Program-made: the position numbers and the translations under genes
Notes under the pieces: model-generated
What the model saw: the letters and a program-made list of their open reading frames with translations, nothing else
Database searches by the model: none
Told to the model about the DNA's origin: nothing
Shown: positions 21,745 through 32,004 of the stretch, piece after piece
Layout: each line of letters opens with the position of its first letter
Position numbering within the stretch: the stretch's first letter is position 1
Source: Candidatus Poribacteria bacterium
Lineage (GTDB): Bacteria > Poribacteria > WGA-4E > WGA-3G
DNA: 64,000 nt
Assembly: GCA_963663765.2 (NCBI GenBank)
Contig: CAXXUA010000004.1
Span: 384,001 to 448,000, forward strand
Direction: 5' to 3'

Positions 21745-22176
21745 CTAATTGTTCGGGTTTAGATGTTTTAATCGTACGCGTGCATCGTCCGTTGTCCATT
21801 GCCAGTTTACCTGCTTTTGCTCTGCATTTCGCCGTTTTTTCCAGGCTTGTGTCTCTCTATGGAGTGTCTCTATATCTGGGATACGCCGACACAAACATTG
21901 ACGCGTAAGGACACTCAGTTCTATTTCCGCTATATTCAACCAACTTCCATGTATTGGCGTATGCACGATTTCTAAACGCTTGACTTGCCCCGGTTTCACA
22001 GGATGCGGATCCCGAACATCATCCCTAAGCGTGACAGATTGTTCGTCCATGTTCACAACAGGTATTTCTGTATCTAAAGGTTTCTGGTAAAGATCAAGCA
22101 CTTCTTCCATCGACTTTACAAACTCAGCATCTTTTTCAGGGGGAATCACCCACTGTTGCTGAAGGTGCGGCTTCAA
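21745..22176 (-). pseudogene. IS630 transposase OrfB (DDE), central part deleted
   Basis: MDEQ (first Asp) and HGSWLNIAEIE (Glu) present but joined directly by PGQVKR|LEIVHTP; segment with the second Asp missing. Confidence 0.8.
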
Positions 22177-22616
22177 AGCGTTTTTTTTAGTGTCTGTCTT
22201 ACCGTTTCTGGAGAAATGCTTTCCACGATTTCAAGTCTTACCAATTCTGACGCAAGTAGGCGTAAAGTCCATTTAGCAGCACCTTCGGGAGGTTCGCTAC
22301 AACTCAGTGCTATCAAGCGTGCTTCAGCTTCACCATCAAGTTTACGAGGTGTGGGAGGATGCTCTCGCTTAGCACGAAATAAGACACGAGAAAAACCACC
22401 TACAGCAAAACGCTTACGCACTTTCGCGACTGTCCTATCAGTGCACTCATACGCTTCAGCTATTTTCCCATCAGTCCAACCGGGACCATTGACATCTGAT
22501 TTCAGCAAAATATGAGCATTCCTTATCTTATACGCCTCTTTTTTACCTGTGTTTATACAATCTAACAACTCCTGCCGCTCCGAATCAGTGAGTTTTACAA
22601 CATATTTCTTAGTCAA
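22173..22616 (-). CDS. IS630 transposase OrfA (HTH)
   Basis: KYVVKLTDSER, RKLDGEAEARLIALSCSEPPEGAAKWTLRLLA, ISPETVRQTLKK; A8 slippery run at 22181-22188. Confidence 0.9.
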   Translation of the reverse strand: MTKKYVVKLTDSERQELLDCINTGKKEAYKIRNAHILLKSDVNGPGWTDGKIAEAYECTDRTVAKVRKRFAVGGFSRVLFRAKREHPPTPRKLDGEAEARLIALSCSEPPEGAAKWTLRLLASELVRLEIVESISPETVRQTLKKTL

Positions 22617-23053
22617 GGTTGTGTTCCTCCTTAAGTTTTGCTATACTATAAGAGAAAAACTCTTGTTTGTCAAGATACTAAGAAACAAAAAAATAAATAC
22701 AAACTTTTAGTATGGACTATCTACTAGAGAGATTTTAGTTGTTGATTTTCAGTGTATTATTGATATCTTTGTTGGCATAAATGTTGCTGAACGTTAATAT
22801 AGTGAACCTTGAAATTATTGGGACACTTTGGTAAGTCTATTTTGAAACATAACGAACAACAGAAGTTGTAGCGTGCACATCTTGTTTGCAAAACTCAGGA
22901 TGCCAACAAGATGTGGACGTTGATGTGAACCAGGAAGAAATAGGGAATGTGTTCTGGGTGAAAAGAAAGTTCGTCCGGATCCGCGGAAAGAGCGGAAACA
23001 CACGACACCTTCACCTTGATGGAGAAGGTATTTATAGAAAAAGAGATGATCTG

Positions 23054-24334
23054 ATGTTATTCTTGAAAAAACATGCATGGTGGATGCTCGCGCTCGTTGT
23101 TGGATTGGGCACCTCTGTGCTAATTCTTGATCTAACTGCGCCGCCCCCGGCCGTTGTTGAAGTGCCGCCCCCTGTCATAGAAAGTAGCGAACCACCGAAG
23201 CTGGTGCTGCGTGCGCCCCCGCTGGGTGAGACGTATGGGACAGGGCATTGGGATGGCGACCAATGGCATCGCACTGTGCCGGCAGTGCCTGAAAAGATCT
23301 CAGTAGATGGAGAAATGCTGAGCTACGAAGAACTTAAAAAGAAGATGTGGAGAGGGACCTATCCATACGTCCAGCGTGTCATAGAAGAATATCCATATTC
23401 TGAAGCAGCGCTTATGGCGAGATATCGCATTGCAAGTGACGTTTGGCCGGACGAATCCCTCCTGTTGGCGCGGTATACAGAGATGCTGAAATACCATCCG
23501 GACTCTCCGCGTCTGCTTCAGAATTTAGCAGAGTTAACGTGGGAAAACTCTCCAGAAGAAGCGATTGCTTATGGTAAAGAAGCCCTCAAATACAAGCCTT
23601 TGTACCCAGAAGATACAATGTATGGTCTGTGGGCAGAATCTGTTGAAATTCATAATACTTTAGGTATGGCGTATCAACAAGCGGGTGATTACAAATCCGC
23701 TCTCGTGCATCTTAAAACAACAAAAAATTTGTTAGAATCTAACAACGTTCAAACAGATCAGATCTCCTACGACGTGGTCAATACTTGTATTGAATACATT
23801 GAGAAGGGAAGTCCGCTATGGGGTCCTGTACCACATCCTGATTTAGATGTTTCTGCCGAATCTATCGTTGATTTTTCTTCTATGCCTCCGTTGCCTACTG
23901 ATGTTATTGATGTGCCTGTTGATGCGTCTGTGGGTTCAGATTTTTTGCCGCCGCCTGTTCTTGAAGATCCTGTTTCTGAAGTGCCGATAAATCCTTCTGA
24001 AAGTGAGGCACTGCGTGTTGATGCCGTGAAACAAGCACGCGAAACGTTTATTGAGCAGCAACAAGAGATACAGCAAGAGTTTGAAGATTTTCTTCGGTGG
24101 TTGGAAACGATTGAGAAAGCGAAATCGCCTTCGGATTTAGAAGGCTTTTTGATGCGTGAGATGGCAAAGTATCTACAAGGAGAGTCTACCCAGTTTGAGT
24201 CAGAACGTGTACTTCGTGCCCATGAGGTATTGGATCGTTTTGGTGAGAAAGAAGGATTGAAACGTTTAGAGCATGTGGATCCGGAGCTGGCGCGTGAGAT
24301 ACGTCGGCAGCGGCCGCCTATTCCTAAGAAATAG
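23054..24334 (+). CDS. membrane-anchored TPR-containing hypothetical protein
   Basis: N-terminal TM (WWMLALVVGLG), PPLGETYGTGHWDGDQWH motif, TPR-like HNTLGMAYQQAGDYKSALVHL, Pro-rich linker. Confidence 0.7.
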   Translation: MLFLKKHAWWMLALVVGLGTSVLILDLTAPPPAVVEVPPPVIESSEPPKLVLRAPPLGETYGTGHWDGDQWHRTVPAVPEKISVDGEMLSYEELKKKMWRGTYPYVQRVIEEYPYSEAALMARYRIASDVWPDESLLLARYTEMLKYHPDSPRLLQNLAELTWENSPEEAIAYGKEALKYKPLYPEDTMYGLWAESVEIHNTLGMAYQQAGDYKSALVHLKTTKNLLESNNVQTDQISYDVVNTCIEYIEKGSPLWGPVPHPDLDVSAESIVDFSSMPPLPTDVIDVPVDASVGSDFLPPPVLEDPVSEVPINPSESEALRVDAVKQARETFIEQQQEIQQEFEDFLRWLETIEKAKSPSDLEGFLMREMAKYLQGESTQFESERVLRAHEVLDRFGEKEGLKRLEHVDPELAREIRRQRPPIPKK

Positions 24335-24347
24335 AGGAGTTTTTTTG

Positions 24348-26443
24348 ATGAGCAGGTATTTTATTTTTGCATTATCGTTTTATTTTCTTTTTTGTAGTTT
24401 TGCCTCTGCAAACGATATTTCCATAGAGTTGATGCCGAAGTTTACGGATGACAAGTTTTCTGAAGGGGGCATCCAGTGAATGCGGCGCATACGAATGCGT
24501 TTTCTTTTACGGTGAGCATGTCTGGTACTCCTACGTCATACGTGACGATAAAAGTGAAGTTAGATTCTACGAGTTATCCGGGGACGTGTGGTAACTTTGG
24601 GAGTCGGACGGATACGGATTTTAAGTTGATAGCGAATGATAATTCGGGTTGGACGAAGGTGAGTGATTCGGAGTTGACGTACGAGTTGAACTCTGTGAAT
24701 AGAAAGCTGCCGGGGACGTTGACTGTACGTAGTTACGATTGGGGTAGTTCCTGCAAGGTATCGGTGTGAGGATGCGACGTCTGCGCATTTTACGGCTTCG
24801 GCACCGATAGATACAAATAGTAACGGTATCGCGGATGGTTGGCAAGGTGACTTGAAGCAGGCATATACCAAGGATGCAGATGATGAGACGGGGCATGGAG
24901 ATAATAACAGACATCCTGGAGATGGCTGATCTGTCAGTGAAGAATCTCGTGGTATTTTTACAACAAAAACAGACACACAGGTCACACAGCTTGACCCGAA
25001 AAAGAAGGATGTGATGGTGTGTTCTGATGCGGCGATGACAAAATATGGCACAGGAAGTCTCCCTGAAATTGACAATCATAGGTTTTTGACGCTTGTTCCC
25101 TATCAACTGAATGGTACGTGGAAAATTGTCAAGGATCCGTGGGGGCCGTATTTACTGACACTGAGGAAATCGACACCGATATTAGTGAAGATACTGGCTG
25201 GGTCAACATCAACTCAGCGGGTGTCCCCGGCGGTGACAAACGCGTCTGGGCAATTCGAATCACAAACGGTGGATCTCATAAGAACACCAATAGAATGGGA
25301 AGTACATCGGCAGGCTCTCCTTCGCAATACACACTGATAGAAATTTTTACTCAGAATGCAGAGGTGAAAGTTAACGAACTGTACGTAAAAGCGAAGGCGT
25401 ACATTGAGAAAAAGCGTAAGAAGCAGTATGAAGATCGTGCAAAGACATGGCCGGATGGCGATTGGAGAAAGGCAAGAGATGAGAATCTCGCGAAAAATTT
25501 TGTGTGGAAATCAGGAACCGATGCCAAGAAAATAAACGCCAGAGAATTGGTAATCAACAACGCGATTGCGCATGAAATTGTGCATGATCTCAACATCATA
25601 CCGCACTGTGATAAGACGAGGCACCGGGGCTGTCTTATGAATGAACCGGGTATATTCCGTGGCAAATATACGATATAATTCAGTGGTACCATGGTGAATG
25701 CTGCAGGTGTGAATTGGGGGTTAAACACTGCACACTCCCCTGATTTAGCCGTAACAGAACAGACGAGAGGGTCTGGCAATGCAATAGAATGTGACATTGA
25801 GATAGAGATTTCAGTTGAAGACCCTCCCTCTCTTGTCAGTGAAGAAGACAGCACCACGTCATCGTCGTCTGTGTCGCTTGTTTCGTCCGATGTAATTTAT
25901 ACCGCCACGGCGGGGACTGGGCATGAAGCGAATTTGACATTGAGTGCTGCACCGAGTTATGTGTTTTGGTATGTTCAGGGTCCGAGTGATTCTGCTCCTG
26001 TGTTACAGTATCAGGATACCTCTGGGAGTCTGACATCACAGTTGAGTTATTCGTTTCCGATCGGTGTTTCTGGTGTTTATGTCATATCGGTATCTGGTAC
26101 TTCGGCATCTGGGGGATCAACGATCACAGCAAGTTATACTGTATCTGTCACAGTACCGAGTTTTTCACCGAGTGCGTCTTATACGCTAAATGGTCGGACG
26201 GTCTCCTTCACGATCACGACGGGGGCACCGATTTATGGCACCTATCTGTATGTTTCTGGTACATACATCTGGCACGGTATGAGTGGTGTCATTGCGAACA
26301 CACAGACGTTGAACTACACGTTCCCCGATACTGCAGCACAGGGCGCTACTTATACGATGTCGTTGTATGTGTATCCTCGGGTAGGGAATACGTATGGTGA
26401 ATCGGAAAGTGTGTATAACTATGTGACGTTGCCTCGTGAGTGA
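24348..26443 (+). pseudogene. fragmented secreted protein with Asp-rich Ca-binding-like motifs, HExxH zinc-protease motif and C-terminal beta-sandwich domains
   Basis: SD GAGGAG + signal peptide at 24348; frameshifts near 24470, 24767, 25145; in-frame TGA 24927 and TAA 25676; DTNSNGIADGWQ..PGDG*SVSEESRG..LDPKKKDV; AIAHEIVHDLNIIPHC. Confidence 0.7.
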
Positions 26444-26456
26444 AACAGATTTTCAT

Positions 26457-26599
26457 CCTAATGAACTTTGACGTTCAAGTTGTGTATTCGTAGGGCGTGG
26501 TCGCTATGCCCGATCCACGGAAAATAACAAACTAAGCAGGTTGGGAAACCCAACCCATACGCACTCAACTACCGATTTTAATTATCAAAAATCATTAGG
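26457..26599. mobile_element. MITE with CCTAATGA ends carrying REP-like palindromes
   Basis: CCTAATGAACTTTGAC ... TCAAAAATCATTAGG; same ends at 59284/59360/60035; internal gtagggcgtgg..gccc and ggttgggaaacccaacccatac. Confidence 0.6.
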
Positions 26600-26649
26600 G
26601 GACAACGTGTTTTCATCGTTCAATCTCTTTACTTCGGACAGGCAGGTAT

Positions 26650-27119
26650 GTGTTTTGTGTGCTGATGTCCTTTCGTTTATTTGATTTTATTTTAGTTGTT
26701 TTGCTGATCGTATTGTGTGCTGCTTTGTTTGTGCGTCCATGGCTGCGATCTGTCCTAGCTGTGTCTGTGCGTTCGGCATCTTCCCCTTGGGTATCTCCCA
26801 CAGCGTCTTCACTTGTTTTGGACACTGCTTCTGAGGACTATTACCAAGTGATTATATAGACAACAACATCTTCCGTCCGTTGGTTCCAGAGCCTTTAGGG
26901 CCGCCGCCTCGGTATATCCTGCTTTGCACGGTGGAGTATTCTGATGTGCGTTTATCGGATGTGTTGGTTCGGGATGTGTATAAGAAGCGGGTTCACAAGG
27001 TGCGCGTGGGTGAGCAGATCGAGGATTATGTTGTGAAATCTATAACGGCACGGCGTGTGGTTTTAGCGATAGGAGAAGAGGCGTTGGAGTTGGTATGCGA
27101 AGATAAAATATTTTACTAA
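26650..27119 (+). pseudogene. frameshifted GspC/PilP-HR-like membrane protein
   Basis: TM, then YYQVII[+TA]DNNIFRPL..YILLCT..VRVGEQIEDYVVKSITARRVVL; removing 2 nt at attatatagac joins the two ORFs. Confidence 0.6.
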
Positions 27120-27144
27120 CATTCAGGCAAGTCTATTTAAATTT

Positions 27145-27828
27145 CTATAAAATACCATATCTGTCATAGACTTCCTTAAGTGTTGCCCCTTCCCGAAGCT
27201 CATCACGAGTTTTATTTTCATCCTGCACCTTTTCAAGAGCAGCATGAACAACGGTATTCTCAATATCATTTGGAATGACGACAACACCGTCAGCATCTCC
27301 GAACACAATATCACCAGGATTTACGATGACCCCACCGCATTCTATCGGGACATTATAAGCGATAACTTCACCACGTCCATTAGAATCAACTGGTGAAATA
27401 CCAGTTGTGAAGATAGGAAATCTCATCTCCATTATTTTACGTGTATCCCGTATGAAACCGTCAATAACGGCACCGCGCGCACCACGTGCCATTGCTGCGG
27501 TTGAAAGGAGTTCACCCCAGAAACAGATTCTGGTGCTACCGTTCGTTGAGCAAACAAGGACATCATCCTGTTTTAGACTATCAACTGCAGCAATCTCTTG
27601 TTGGTATGGTTCTTCAGGAATCTCAAAAACATCCAGACAAAGAACAGGCATTGCGCGTCCGACTACAACGGTATCAGGAAGCAGTGGACGGATGGTGTGC
27701 TGAAGAGCTTGTTCACGGAAACCGTTAGCATCAAGTGCATCAGAAATAACAGCAGCATATAACTGCTCATGCATCAAGTCGAATAGTTCTTTGTCGTTTT
27801 CCCACAAGTATGTTTGTTCGGTATGCAT
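27145..27828 (-). CDS. RraA family / HMG aldolase-like protein
   Basis: AVISDALD, FWGELLSTAAMARGARGAVIDGFIRD, VNPGDIVFGDADGVVVIP. Confidence 0.9.
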   Translation of the reverse strand: MHTEQTYLWENDKELFDLMHEQLYAAVISDALDANGFREQALQHTIRPLLPDTVVVGRAMPVLCLDVFEIPEEPYQQEIAAVDSLKQDDVLVCSTNGSTRICFWGELLSTAAMARGARGAVIDGFIRDTRKIMEMRFPIFTTGISPVDSNGRGEVIAYNVPIECGGVIVNPGDIVFGDADGVVVIPNDIENTVVHAALEKVQDENKTRDELREGATLKEVYDRYGIL

Positions 27829-27853
27829 GATGGTGTATCAGAATTGGTATCAA

Positions 27854-28381
27854 CTAATAGTTTTGATAACCGACCTCTTTAAGACGTGCAGCTTTCTCGG
27901 CAACGCCATCACTCATTTTCTTTTTATAGTCCCAAAGTTTTGCGTCCAATTCCGGATAGTGGACAGCGAGTATTTGGACTGCAAATATACCTGCGTTGCG
28001 TGCCCCACCGGAACCGATTGCCATTGTTCCGACAGGAATACCTGGTGGCATCTGGACTGTTGCATAGAGTGCATCAACGCCATTGAGAGGTCCGCCATCT
28101 ATTGGTACACCAATCACTGGGAGGGTAGTGTGAGCTGCAATTACTCCTGCTAAGTGTGCTGCGCGTCCAGCACCTGCAATGATAACTTTTCCGCCTTCAG
28201 CTTTGATTTTTTCTGTCCACTCCATAGTTCGTTCGGGTGAACGATGTGCTGAGGAGACTGTGATTTCATAAGGAACTTCAAATTCCTCTAAGATTTTTGC
28301 GGCTTCAGACATTCTTTCTAAGTCTGAATCACTCCCCATCACTATACCGACAAGGGGAGTTTTTTGTTCTTTATATGACAT
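27854..28381 (-). CDS. purE: N5-carboxyaminoimidazole ribonucleotide mutase
   Basis: VGIVMGSDSD, SAHRSP, IAGAGRAAHLAG, VQMPPGIPVGT. Confidence 0.97.
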   Translation of the reverse strand: MSYKEQKTPLVGIVMGSDSDLERMSEAAKILEEFEVPYEITVSSAHRSPERTMEWTEKIKAEGGKVIIAGAGRAAHLAGVIAAHTTLPVIGVPIDGGPLNGVDALYATVQMPPGIPVGTMAIGSGGARNAGIFAVQILAVHYPELDAKLWDYKKKMSDGVAEKAARLKEVGYQNY

Positions 28382-28411
28382 ATTTGTAACCGTACCTCTG
28401 AATAAATTGAT

Positions 28412-28604
28412 CAGGACTTACGCACCCAACGGTAGGCGCGCTTTGTAGGCGGGGAATGCCAAAAGGCATTCATACCCGGGGAATGCCTAAATGGCATTCA
28501 TACCGTTGATTTCTTGATTTGGCGCTGGAAACCGAAAATATGCTGAAAATTACACGATTTTCGTCATAATTCTTCATCAAACCATGAAAACTGCGTAAGT
28601 CCTG
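28412..28604. mobile_element. MITE with perfect 13-bp TIR CAGGACTTACGCA, carrying duplicated REP-like units
   Basis: CAGGACTTACGCA 28412-28424 / TGCGTAAGTCCTG 28592-28604; two ggggaatgcc-aa-ggcattcatacc palindromes also found at 59605 and 59828. Confidence 0.72.
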
Positions 28605-28721
28605 TTGATATTATATAGTATGTGTTTCTGTAAATTAACAGATGTAATAAATGACAACTTTACAATTGAGAAAACTCGTATCATTTACTCATATCTTCAT
28701 GCTAATGTTATGCAATTTATA

Positions 28722-29123
28722 CTAACTATCGAATTCATCATTTACTTCTTCTGCTACATGTGGTGATGTACTTCTGTGTTTTAAAGTGTCAGTATAAGAG
28801 TCAATTATTTGGTTTTCTGTTTCTATTGGTTGTATGACAATTTGATAACCAAGCGACTTAAGCACAACGCCTATTACATCTATCAATTGTATTTCATTGT
28901 TAGACAATAAATTTGAAAATACTTGAGGGTCCATCTCTATCTCCTTAGCAAGTAGATTAACACCACCTTGAGCTTCAACCACTGTTTTTAGTGCTCTTCT
29001 TACTACAGATGGAATCTTATAGACTTGATAGTCCTCAAGGATTGCCTGTAAATAACCAATTGCTCTTTCTGGTGTGGCAATCCGTTCAACAAGACATTCA
29101 CGCCATGTTCTCATTTTTCTCAT
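28722..29123 (-). CDS. addiction-module antidote (HigA-like HTH antitoxin)
   Basis: YLQAILED..ALKTVVEAQGGVNLLAKEI..; directly downstream of toxin. Confidence 0.8.
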   Translation of the reverse strand: MRKMRTWRECLVERIATPERAIGYLQAILEDYQVYKIPSVVRRALKTVVEAQGGVNLLAKEIEMDPQVFSNLLSNNEIQLIDVIGVVLKSLGYQIVIQPIETENQIIDSYTDTLKHRSTSPHVAEEVNDEFDS

Positions 29124-29458
29124 AGGTATTCTCTCTTGTATTCCAACCAGAATGTTTTTGCTCTTTCAATATCTCATTTTTGTGAGGTTTTATCTCCGCC
29201 ACAAAGTAATAGTATGATTGTGTTTCCTATTCTTCCAAAATATATCCTACATCCTGCTCCAAAGTGTAATCTCAATTCAAAAATACCGTTCCCTATAGTT
29301 TGACAATCCCCAAAATTACCATCTTCAAGTCTTGCAAGACGCGATTGGATTCTATCTTGTGTCTTTAAATCTCTTATTGTATCTAACCACTCATTGAAAG
29401 GTTCTCTTCCGTTTTTAGTTTGATAAACTCGTACTTCTTGCGGATGTGTCGTTAGCAT
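29120..29458 (-). pseudogene. RelE/ParE-family (HigB/Gp49-like) addiction-module toxin with premature TGA
   Basis: GREPFNEWL..GNFGD..GIFELRLHFGAGCRIYF..LLLCGGDKTSQK*DIERAKTFW; read-through ends in ATGA overlapping the antitoxin start. Confidence 0.82.
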
Positions 29459-29499
29459 TGTTATGTATAATTTAAATGCAATAGAATTTCTTTGTTTTT

Positions 29500-30291
29500 C
29501 TATGGATAAACCAACAGCGTATTTCGCTCAATGATGAGTGGTTTGGGACCACTATCAGGAAATTGTGCTGCCCATTCTCTTTCATCATAATCGCGTTTGA
29601 CAAAACAGGCACGGTGAGCGGGAACAGCATGCTTCAGTCCTATGCGTGTCGCCATTTTGACGCATCCATCATAGAATGGGAATTCTCCTTCATTGGGATG
29701 GTTTGTCAAGAAACCGACATCCGGTTTATGTGCTGCCACTGCTGAAATTAAGTCATCATGTTCAACAAAGTTGTTGATTGGGTCACCACTGAAATAGAGA
29801 CTGACACCATCACAGACAATGACAAACCCCAAGTGTGTTACATCTGGGGGTGCTATGTTAACAGAAGGATCACCATCAGGTGGTTTTGCATAGACTGCAT
29901 GGAGGACAGAATTGTTTAGTTTGACTTCATCCCCTGCACGAATCTGGGTGACATTTTCCTCTTTAACATCAGTTTCCGATAGTATTTTCTGGACACTTTC
30001 CACAGGTCCGATAAACCGCGTTGCATTAGAAGCCTCCCAAATGCGGGAAATTGATTCTGGACAAGTATGGTCACCGTGTGCATGTGTCAATAGTACATAA
30101 TCGGAGGGGAGTTCCGTTTCATCAAGTGGTGGTTCGGAGTGAATAAAGCGGTCTGAAGGACGGTTGTGTGGAAAATAGGGATCAATTTGGATTATGGTTC
30201 CAGACGAGTCTTTAATTGCGAAGCTGCTCTGTTCAAACCAGTGAACAGCAACAGTGTCTTTTGAAACGTTTAAATTAACGAGTGTATGCAT
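29500..30291 (-). CDS. MBL-fold metallo-hydrolase (UlaG-like)
   Basis: IDPYF, LLTHAHGDH, LYFSGD, AVPAH. Confidence 0.85.
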   Translation of the reverse strand: MHTLVNLNVSKDTVAVHWFEQSSFAIKDSSGTIIQIDPYFPHNRPSDRFIHSEPPLDETELPSDYVLLTHAHGDHTCPESISRIWEASNATRFIGPVESVQKILSETDVKEENVTQIRAGDEVKLNNSVLHAVYAKPPDGDPSVNIAPPDVTHLGFVIVCDGVSLYFSGDPINNFVEHDDLISAVAAHKPDVGFLTNHPNEGEFPFYDGCVKMATRIGLKHAVPAHRACFVKRDYDEREWAAQFPDSGPKPLIIERNTLLVYP

Positions 30292-30452
30292 AAATAATCC
30301 TTGATAAATGTTACATATAGATTCGACATTTTTGGATATCTGAGTTTCCACCTAAATGAGATTTTGTTGAATTAAATTTTTGGATTTACCATAAATGAGA
30401 CATGGCGAGGTACAGTGACCTCGCCATACAATTGAATTGTGAGGTAAGCACT

Positions 30453-31457
30453 TTACCAGCAGCCGGATCTACCGGGGACATAGTGCTGAGAGAAAAAGAT
30501 ACCGAATGTAACAGGCATCATGTCATCTTCCGGTAAACTAAAGAAGGGTCTATCCACACGTATTTCCAATTTTAGACGACTTTTCGTTAGCCTAAGCATT
30601 GAAATTCCGCCGACAAAATATGCCCCTAAACCAGAATTTCTACCTGAATCGTTATAATCATCGTAGTAGTAACCATCATCGTAGTAGTAACCATCATCGT
30701 AGTAGTAACCATCATCGTCATAAGATCCACCAAATATGGAGAGTCCTCCTCCGACATAAGGTGAAAAGTTTTTTGTATTAAAGAAGTAACGTCCCCCGAT
30801 TGACCAAGATCCAAAATTATATTCTTCACCGAAACTTGCCCGGAATTCTGATGTCACTGCGTACCTTGGAGTCTCATAAGACCAACCAAATTCATAACCA
30901 GGTTCTGCGGAACTCTTTGTTCCTGGTACAAAAGAACCAAAAATACCCATATTCCATAGGGATTCACCGGGTAATTTGTTGAGTTCACCTGCTTCATGTT
31001 GCGTAACGGTATTCATGTCAGTTGTGTCGGTGATCTCTTTATTGTAGACAACGGCATCAACCAATCTTGGTGCAGCCTTAATCATATCTTCAATACTGTC
31101 AATCCATATCTGTTTCTCAATAGCAGGCATTCCTGGTACTTCTCGACTGATATGGACGAGTACCTTTTGACCCAGTCGTCCAAAAGAGAGACGATACACA
31201 TATCCTGATTTCGGTTCTTCGTAGACAGGACCACTCATTGGAATACCGAGTTTGCGGAATTCTGTGGCTATCAACAGTCCTGCGCTCTGTGCATCAACTT
31301 CCTCAACACCGAGATGATCTACAATATATAATGTGCTGGGAGTTGAAAGAGCGGCATTTGAGTCTGTACTCTGTTGTGCGTAGGTTGAGAGGGACACTAT
31401 GCAGGTCAGGACAAACATAATAATAATTAGTAAATAAGGCAATCTTTTGCTTTTCAT
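30453..31457 (-). CDS. secreted protein with C-terminal outer-membrane beta-barrel
   Basis: Signal peptide; amphipathic strands SIGGRYFF, FSPYVGGGL, GLGAYFVGG. Confidence 0.7.
   Translation of the reverse strand: MKSKRLPYLLIIIMFVLTCIVSLSTYAQQSTDSNAALSTPSTLYIVDHLGVEEVDAQSAGLLIATEFRKLGIPMSGPVYEEPKSGYVYRLSFGRLGQKVLVHISREVPGMPAIEKQIWIDSIEDMIKAAPRLVDAVVYNKEITDTTDMNTVTQHEAGELNKLPGESLWNMGIFGSFVPGTKSSAEPGYEFGWSYETPRYAVTSEFRASFGEEYNFGSWSIGGRYFFNTKNFSPYVGGGLSIFGGSYDDDGYYYDDGYYYDDGYYYDDYNDSGRNSGLGAYFVGGISMLRLTKSRLKLEIRVDRPFFSLPEDDMMPVTFGIFFSQHYVPGRSGCW
30657..30718. repeat. 18-bp tandem repeat x3.4 encoding (DDGYYY)n
   Basis: atcatcgtagtagtaacc repeated perfectly three times plus a partial copy. Confidence 0.95.
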
Positions 31458-31587
31458 TTTTAGTCCTTCATAACTGGAGTGATGACTTAATTGTAAATCA
31501 TCTGTGGGTTTTATATATTTTGGTTAGTGTTTAATTTATTTGTTTTTCTTCATTGAAATGATTTTGCATTACCATGGTCTATTATGA

Positions 31588-31926
31588 TCAATAACCCCTT
31601 ATAATTTCTGATTGTGTTGCAAAGAATATACTGAAAATAGCTATGATGAGAAAAACGTAGAGTAAGATACTGATGATGAAGCCAATAAACGCAGATGAAA
31701 GTTGAATTTGTCGTGCTTTTGCCTTATATGCGTCAGTGTACAAATATGTTTCTTCATCATCCATTCCATAAGTTTTGCTTAACGGTGGATTCTGTTGGTA
31801 TATATAAGCAGCCAGAAGTCCAAAAACGGAAAGTGCTGCACCGACAATCACCCAAAGTAATTTGTGTGTATCAGTTTCTGCATCATTTTCAGCTTCTACT
31901 TGTATTTTTTGTCGGTTTGTATTCAT
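31588..31926 (-). CDS. small membrane protein, paralogue 1 of 3
   Basis: Shared pattern DAxxD..LLW..G..A....P(P)....YTDAYK.KAR.IQ plus TM helices. Confidence 0.75.
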   Translation of the reverse strand: MNTNRQKIQVEAENDAETDTHKLLWVIVGAALSVFGLLAAYIYQQNPPLSKTYGMDDEETYLYTDAYKAKARQIQLSSAFIGFIISILLYVFLIIAIFSIFFATQSEIIRGY

Positions 31927-32004
31927 AGATTCTTAATTGTATATAACATAATTGAGTTTAAAGGTTCGCATTACTTATGTTCCATCCATATTTGGGAATT
32001 CCAA

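Larger units (their letters stand above)
21734..22721 (-). mobile_element. IS630-family insertion sequence, internally deleted
   Basis: TIRs GATAGTCCATTCTAA / TTAGTATGGACTATC (1 mismatch), flanked by TA at 21732-33 and 22722-23; two-ORF transposase. Confidence 0.88.

Noticed and set aside
22886-23053. N-terminal extension of the 482-aa ORF from TTG 22886
   Set aside because: The TM anchor follows ATG 23054; the upstream part has no recognisable features.
24927-29176. TGA recoding or selenocysteine suggested by in-frame TGAs
   Set aside because: lon, pdxA and the C25 gene end at TGA at expected positions; the affected island also has frameshifts and a TAA; no TCA-anticodon tRNA is present.
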